Source: Thermoproteota archaeon
GTDB taxonomy: Archaea; Korarchaeota; Korarchaeia; Korarchaeales; JAOZGB01
Direction of reading: 5' to 3'
DNA: 64,000 nucleotides
NCBI GenBank assembly: GCA_037917685.1
Contig: JAVCBU010000006.1
Location: forward strand, 352,001 to 416,000
Shown: positions 59,168 through 64,000 of the stretch, piece after piece
Numbering within the stretch: the stretch's first letter is position 1
Layout of the letters: each line of letters begins with the position of its first letter
Program-made: the position numbers and the translations under genes
The notes under the pieces: model-generated
Seen by the model: the letters and a program-made list of their open reading frames with translations, nothing else
Told to the model about the DNA's origin: nothing
Database searches by the model: none

Positions 59168-59515
59168 TCACCTATAAAGCTCAAGTGCAAGCTTCTTGAC
59201 AGCCATCACTGTGAGAGAAGGCTTCTCCCTGGTCAATGCAACTATAGCCCTTTCATCTCCCGCACTCGAAACGACAATGGTCCCCTCAGCACCCTCAACC
59301 ACGGCAGCCATAGTTCTACCCATCTTTAACATGTTAGAAAGCTTAATAGCCACACTCAAAAACGCTGAACCCGTGGAAACCACGTCGTCAACTGAGACAT
59401 CCTCCGGAAGCCCCCCGGCCAAAATCATACCGTCAGGCTCCACCACTGCTACGTACTCAACCCATGGATACGACTTTTTAAACTCTCTAATAAAATATTC
59501 AAAGTCACCTTTCAA
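59168..59515 (-). CDS. Roadblock/LC7 (MglB-like) domain protein
   Basis: VAVVEPDGMILA, helix, G, VVEG..G.IVV..AG pattern; 115 aa. Confidence 0.85.
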   Translation of the reverse strand: MKGDFEYFIREFKKSYPWVEYVAVVEPDGMILAGGLPEDVSVDDVVSTGSAFLSVAIKLSNMLKMGRTMAAVVEGAEGTIVVSSAGDERAIVALTREKPSLTVMAVKKLALELYR

Positions 59516-59567
59516 CCGTTAAGCCACCCCATCAAACCACTATTTTAAAGATTAAAAAGTTTGAACC

Positions 59568-60023
59568 CTACAACTGAAGCAACCTAGCCCTCAAACTCCT
59601 TGTCAAAGAATACCTCCTCTCCCTCTCCCCACCCCCAACCTCCTCAACAATACCCTCAGACCTCAGATACTCTAGCCTCCTCGAAATAACACCCCTAGAA
59701 GCCTTCCCCCTCCTCCGTCTAACCTCCTCAGTTATCTGCGAAATATTAAGAGAGCCCTTCTCAGCGAGCACCTCAACAATATGCATAGAAATATCATCAC
59801 CAGCAATCTGAGGAAGAGACTTCAGCCTCGAAAGCTCCTCCACAAACCAGACATACCTAGAATAAAACCTGACAAGTCTCCTAACCAGGAAGAGAAGATC
59901 CGCAACATCCTGGTCCTGCCTCCCCTCCCTGACAACCCGCTCAAGAGACTCAAGCCTCCCGGCAATCCTCTCAAGCTTCTCCTCAATCTTCCTCAGCCTT
60001 GAAGCCAAATCCTCGTCTCCCAA
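59568..60023 (-). CDS. Winged-helix DNA-binding protein with N-terminal coiled coil
   Basis: Coiled coil LRKIEEKLERI..RLESLE; wHTH IVEVL...LNISQITEEVR...ASR..ISRRL..L..EGIV. Confidence 0.75.
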   Translation of the reverse strand: MGDEDLASRLRKIEEKLERIAGRLESLERVVREGRQDQDVADLLFLVRRLVRFYSRYVWFVEELSRLKSLPQIAGDDISMHIVEVLAEKGSLNISQITEEVRRRRGKASRGVISRRLEYLRSEGIVEEVGGGERERRYSLTRSLRARLLQL

Positions 60024-60324
60024 GACCGATCAACCTAAGGAAATCCCTAAAACCCACCGGAGGATAAACACACAGCGAAACATCATCAACAAACCACCCA
60101 GGAAGCCCATACCTCCTTATCTCCCTCCTAAACACCCACCTAGCCCTCCAAGCAGCAAACCTCAGCCGAATGTACAACCATAGAAGCCCCGTAGCCAACC
60201 TAACAGACAGCCAAAGCCCAACAACGAAGGCCCACAGGAGAACCAGAGCATCCCTAATCCTCGCCAGCCTCCCTCTCCTCTTCCCCGATATCCCAACGCC
60301 TAGACCAAGCCTTCCTAGACTCAA
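59983..60324 (-). CDS. Hypothetical basic/amphipathic small protein (start uncertain)
   Basis: Hydrophobic N-terminal half, then WRARWVFRREIRRYGLP; overlaps both neighbours like an operon gene. Confidence 0.55.
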   Translation of the reverse strand: MSLGRLGLGVGISGKRRGRLARIRDALVLLWAFVVGLWLSVRLATGLLWLYIRLRFAAWRARWVFRREIRRYGLPGWFVDDVSLCVYPPVGFRDFLRLIGLGRRGFGFKAEED

Positions 60325-60637
60325 AACCCTTCATACTAACAATCTCCTCCAGCACACTCTGAAATATCGTCCTAACATCAATGACCTGCGACTTAGCAAT
60401 CTCCAATGCCTCCTCCTCAGGAATCCCAGCCTGCACAAGCTCCTTGTAGCTCTCACCTATAGCCCTAGCTCTCTCACGAGCAGCCTCAGGAGACAAGAAA
60501 ACATTGAGAAATTCAAGCAACGGCTGAAAAACCTCTCTCATCAGCCCAGGAACCTCCCTCCTGATAACCTCCATAAACTCCTTAAACTCCTCGATATCCT
60601 CCCTCCTTTTTCTAGCTTTCAGAACATCCTCACCCAT
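60254..60637 (-). CDS. Hypothetical acidic alpha-helical protein
   Basis: 127 aa; VPGL and YKELVQAGIPEEEALEI motifs. Confidence 0.7.
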   Translation of the reverse strand: MGEDVLKARKRREDIEEFKEFMEVIRREVPGLMREVFQPLLEFLNVFLSPEAARERARAIGESYKELVQAGIPEEEALEIAKSQVIDVRTIFQSVLEEIVSMKGFESRKAWSRRWDIGEEEREAGED

Positions 60638-60824
60638 AACACATCACTAGCAACACAATCGCCCACTACATAAAAATAAAATGCAAAAAACAGCTCAAAA
60701 AATGAACAACCCAGCCCCCAAGAAAACTACCACCCAACAACACTACAAAACCCTCAACCCATTCGTACAGAAACCCCTAACCCCCAACCTTCGTACCTAC
60801 ATTAAATATAACATATACTTACTA

Positions 60825-62300
60825 CTATCTTCTTCTAAGCCTCGGGTTTACGATTTCATCGATGGCATACCCTATCAACACGAACGACAGAGAAAGCAAC
60901 GAGATGCAGATTCCAGGCGGTAAAACCCACCACCAGTCCTTGTAAGCCCCCCAATACTGCACATCATGGAGCATCATCCCCCAGGTCATCGTATTTGGGT
61001 CCCCGAGCCCTAACCAGCTTAGTGCTGCCTCTACTGTGATTATTGTGGGTACTGTGAGGGCGAGATTTACGTAGACAAGTGACAAGACGTTTGGTAGGAG
61101 GTGTCTGATAATTATGTGCCCTGCTCCCGCGCCTGCGGCTCTCGCCGCTTCTACGAATGCTCTTTCTTTGAGGCTTAGGACCTGTGATCTTATTATTCTT
61201 GAGAAGGACATCCAGCCGAGGAGTCCGAGGAGTATTACGAGGTTCCATATGGATGATCCTAGTACTGCTATTAGGACTAGGACTAGGGGTAGGAAGGGTA
61301 TGACTAGGAGCATGTCTGCGAATCTCATTAGGATTTCGTCTACCATTCCTCCGAGGTATCCTGATACTAGGCCTACTATTAGCCCTATTACTACTCCTAC
61401 GAATGCTGCCATTAGTCCTACGAATAGGGATATTCTGCTTCCCCATATTAGCTGTGAGAATATGTCTCTTCCGAAGTGGTCTGTGCCTAGTAGTCCGAAG
61501 GCTGTTCCGTATAGTTTTATGTCGTAGTCGTCGATGTACAGGTTGAAGTTGTTGTAGTCTTCTGGGTATAGTTGTGCTTCTATTCCTATCTTGTACTTGC
61601 CGGGGTTGTTGAATATTACTTGCGATGGGTCTATTAGGACGTCTTTGAATACTTTGATCTTCATCTGGCTTGACCACGAGTCTGCGTGTTTGAATTCAGC
61701 CCATTCTTTTCGTGGGGTTATTCCTTCCTCCCAGATGTAGAATTTTTCTCCATCATTGAGTCTTTCTATGAAGACTTTGACGGTTATTCTTCCGCCTTCC
61801 GCCTTGAGCTTTGCAGCTAGGTATATCTTGAATCTTGCGGGGTATCCCGAGTATGGGTAGTCTATCTCCTTGTACACTGTAACTGTTGGTTTTTCATTAC
61901 TTGTTCCTATTTTTGTGAATTTTATGATCATGCATCCCGGGATTGTTTCGTTTCCGTAGCCCTTTTCCTTGGCCCATTCTACGAGTGTCTCCCATCCTGG
62001 GGTGGAGGTTTCTACCGTCCATTCCCTTGTGGATTCGGGGTTGCAGAAGTCTGGATCTTCTACTGGGAAGATGTTTAGGCTGTAGTTTGCCCCGGATAGT
62101 TTGACAAGCCATACTGGTTTCGCCCTTGTCCCGGCAAGTGTTTTGTCTTTTAGTGGGTCGTATGGGGCTATGTAGGGGGCTAGAATTGCTATTAGTATGA
62201 ATACGATTAGTATTCCGAGACCTATTATTCCTTTTCTGCTTCTCCGGTATATTGACCAGAAGTTTTTGGCTCTTTTCATCATGATTTCGTATTTTATCAT
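60825..62300 (-). CDS. dppC: Oligopeptide/dipeptide ABC permease (DppC/OppC) with large extracellular insert
   Basis: LGTDHFGRD, G.R.SL, FVEAARAAGA, EAALS.LGLG, TWG; start at ATG 62300 after a GGTGAAGG RBS. Confidence 0.92.
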   Translation of the reverse strand: MIKYEIMMKRAKNFWSIYRRSRKGIIGLGILIVFILIAILAPYIAPYDPLKDKTLAGTRAKPVWLVKLSGANYSLNIFPVEDPDFCNPESTREWTVETSTPGWETLVEWAKEKGYGNETIPGCMIIKFTKIGTSNEKPTVTVYKEIDYPYSGYPARFKIYLAAKLKAEGGRITVKVFIERLNDGEKFYIWEEGITPRKEWAEFKHADSWSSQMKIKVFKDVLIDPSQVIFNNPGKYKIGIEAQLYPEDYNNFNLYIDDYDIKLYGTAFGLLGTDHFGRDIFSQLIWGSRISLFVGLMAAFVGVVIGLIVGLVSGYLGGMVDEILMRFADMLLVIPFLPLVLVLIAVLGSSIWNLVILLGLLGWMSFSRIIRSQVLSLKERAFVEAARAAGAGAGHIIIRHLLPNVLSLVYVNLALTVPTIITVEAALSWLGLGDPNTMTWGMMLHDVQYWGAYKDWWWVLPPGICISLLSLSFVLIGYAIDEIVNPRLRRR

Positions 62301-62314
62301 TTCCTTCACCTCTT

Positions 62315-63307
62315 CTACTCGTATTTTACTCTTGGGTCTATTACGCCATAGAGTAGGTCTGCTATGAAGTTTGCTATTATTACTGCGAGGCATGAGATGT
62401 AGAAAGTTGCCATTAGGACTGGGTAGTCTCTGAATGTTATTCCCTGGTAGATGTAGGTTCCTATGCCTCTCCATGAGAATACTGTTTCGGTTAGGATTGC
62501 TCCTTGGAGTATGAACGCAAATGATAGCGTCGCATTTGTTACGAGTGGAAGCATGGCGTTTCTAAGGGAGTGTTTGAAAAGTACCACTTTCTCTGATAGT
62601 CCTTTCGCTCTCGCTGTTACTATGTAGTCTTCTGTTAGAGTTTCGAGTACGGTGCTTCTTACGAGAAGGACGTAGCCGCCTAGGGTTACTAGGAAGAGGG
62701 TTACCCCTGGTAGGACCATATGCCATAGTAGGTCTAAGATTTTTGCCAGGGGCTCTGTGGGGGCTGGCCTGCTCATTGTTCCTGCTAGTGGGAAGTATAT
62801 TTTGCCCCCTGTCCATTCCCTAAGCCAGTAGCCGAAGATCATTAGGAATACCATTCCGATCCAGAATGTCGGGAGGGCATAGGCGAATAGGGATGATATC
62901 GTGGCCGTTAGGTCGCTTATTTCTCCTCTTCTTGAGGCTGCTCTTACGCCTAGGATGACTCCGATTAGGATGGCGAAGAGGGTTGATACTCCTAGGAGGA
63001 GTAGGGTGTTCGGGAGTCTTTCAAGGATCTCGTCTTTTACGGAGTTTCTCGTGTAGAAGGAGTAACCGAAGTTCCATGTAAGCATGTTAACCATGTAGCG
63101 CTTGTACCTGACCCACATGCTTTCACGGAGCCCGAACTGTTCGATTAGGACTTCAACTTGTTCGGGCTTAAGCCTGTATGTGGACGCTAGGATTGAAACG
63201 GGGTCTGCAGGCATGGCCATGAAGATTATGAAGTTAAGTGTCATGGCGAAGAATAGCAGTATTACCATGTAGATTGTTCTACGGAGTATATATGTTTTCA
63301 AGCCCAT
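62315..63307 (-). CDS. dppB: Oligopeptide/dipeptide ABC permease (DppB/OppB)
   Basis: RLPNTL, PTFW, DYIVTARAKGL, H..RNA, ETVFSW.GIG, DYPV, DPR. Confidence 0.94.
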   Translation of the reverse strand: MGLKTYILRRTIYMVILLFFAMTLNFIIFMAMPADPVSILASTYRLKPEQVEVLIEQFGLRESMWVRYKRYMVNMLTWNFGYSFYTRNSVKDEILERLPNTLLLLGVSTLFAILIGVILGVRAASRRGEISDLTATISSLFAYALPTFWIGMVFLMIFGYWLREWTGGKIYFPLAGTMSRPAPTEPLAKILDLLWHMVLPGVTLFLVTLGGYVLLVRSTVLETLTEDYIVTARAKGLSEKVVLFKHSLRNAMLPLVTNATLSFAFILQGAILTETVFSWRGIGTYIYQGITFRDYPVLMATFYISCLAVIIANFIADLLYGVIDPRVKYE

Positions 63308-63561
63308 CTTTTCATCAAGGGTTAAATGGTGATCCAAGAGGATATAAAGGTTAGTCTTAACTGTTTCGATGTATACCCTGAAATCGAGCCTTTATACTTC
63401 TCCGCTGGCTCATCTTTTCAGTTTTAATAGTTCTATAGGGGTTTCTGCGGTTTAAAACTTTTAATAGCCTGTGAGAATTAGTTTTCTGATACTGGGTTAA
63501 TGGTTTAAGATGGTTTGAAAGTTTAGGGGGTTCAGGTTAATAAAAAAGGGGTGGGTTAGGC

Positions 63562-64000
63562 TTACTCCTTCTTCTTACGTGTTAGTACGAAGCCTACGCC
63601 GACGACTACTATGATCAGTACTACTACGCCTAGTGCTAGTGCCATTGGGAACTTCTTGGCGACAGTCATGGCTCCTGTTGTCTCTGCGCTGTAGGTTCCG
63701 GTTGGGTTGGTGTACGTGGCTGTAACTCTTACTGTGTAGTCTCCCGGCTCAGATGGCGCTGTTACTGTTCCCTCGTATGTCCCGCCTGACGTATGGGTTA
63801 GGGTTGCTGTTGAGACTACTGCGCCGTCCTTCAGTATCTCAGCTTTAACTGTGGCGTTTGTCACGGCTGCGCCTGTGTAATCCTTAACCGTTACTGATAC
63901 TGTTCCGGTCTCTCCAGCCTTTAGTGTGCCTGGTGTTGTTAAGGCTTCAAGTGTTATGCTCTTTCCTGGGTGTCTCCTGAAGTAGTTTCCGTTGGCCTCG
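63562..64000 (-). CDS. C-terminal part of a membrane-anchored surface protein, probably the peptide ABC substrate-binding protein (5' end off window)
   Basis: Frame is open to the window edge (EANGNYFRRHPGK...), then an Ig-like domain and TM tail ending RKKKE; lies upstream of dppB. Confidence 0.7.
   Translation of the reverse strand, partial: EANGNYFRRHPGKSITLEALTTPGTLKAGETGTVSVTVKDYTGAAVTNATVKAEILKDGAVVSTATLTHTSGGTYEGTVTAPSEPGDYTVRVTATYTNPTGTYSAETTGAMTVAKKFPMALALGVVVLIIVVVGVGFVLTRKKKE

Noticed and set aside
60170-60923. Plus-strand ORFs 60170..60673 and 60681..60923
   Set aside because: Low-complexity P/L/S/T/N/K products expected from a G-poor strand that rarely forms stop codons; the opposite strand carries the plausible genes.
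60964-61677. 237 aa Arg/Asn/Pro-rich alternative frame within dppC
   Set aside because: A by-product of A/C-ending codon bias; no recognisable domain.
570-62816. Numerous 60-240 aa ORFs antisense to or nested in recognised genes (e.g. 2527..3045, 6439..6987, 51578..52249, 57414..57968)
   Set aside because: Shadow frames of well-supported genes, with no motifs of their own.
63505-63560. ORB-like G-strings (GAAAGTTTAGGGGG, AAAAAAGGGG)
   Set aside because: They lack the TCCA...GAA core; on the minus strand this is a C/T-rich tract after a stop codon, more consistent with a terminator.
1-64000. tRNA, rRNA, CRISPR array, transposase, integrase or defence genes
   Set aside because: None recognised by eye; intergenic gaps are short (under ~250 nt) and contain no repeat-spacer arrays or cloverleafs. 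A tRNAscan/Infernal run would be needed to exclude split or atypical RNAs.

Overview
A gene-dense (~45% GC) archaeal chromosomal segment. Gins23-MCM, TBP, Rpo12, Hel308, Taw1, Nep1, class I LysRS, ThyX and C/D box sRNAs point to a thermophilic archaeon, most likely TACK/Thermoproteota; the exact lineage cannot be fixed from sequence alone. Most of it is housekeeping: a replication cluster (gins23-mcm[intein]-hel308), a molybdopterin/tungstopterin cluster (moaABCDE, two moeA, degenerate wtpA), DtxR/FeoA, three ABC systems, dcd/thyX, lysS, tbp/sec11/rpoP, glmU/glmS, a SufC-SufB minimal Fe-S system, nep1 and glyA. Found beyond the ORF track: hel308, rpoP, two C/D box sRNAs and a DtxR-type operator. 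The most unusual signals are: (1) a sharp, extreme strand-composition switch at ~61.0 kb inside an intact gene, next to an uncharacterised three-gene winged-helix operon (candidate origin-like boundary); (2) a GTPase-less Roadblock + V4R pair coupled to glyA-nep1; (3) an M1 aminopeptidase fused to an FtsX-like membrane domain; (4) an MCM intein whose two LAGLIDADG catalytic acids are both Ala and which carries an extra HTH; (5) a C/D sRNA whose two guides base-pair with each other. No tRNA, rRNA, CRISPR array or transposase was seen. All family assignments come from motif recognition by eye, not database searches.
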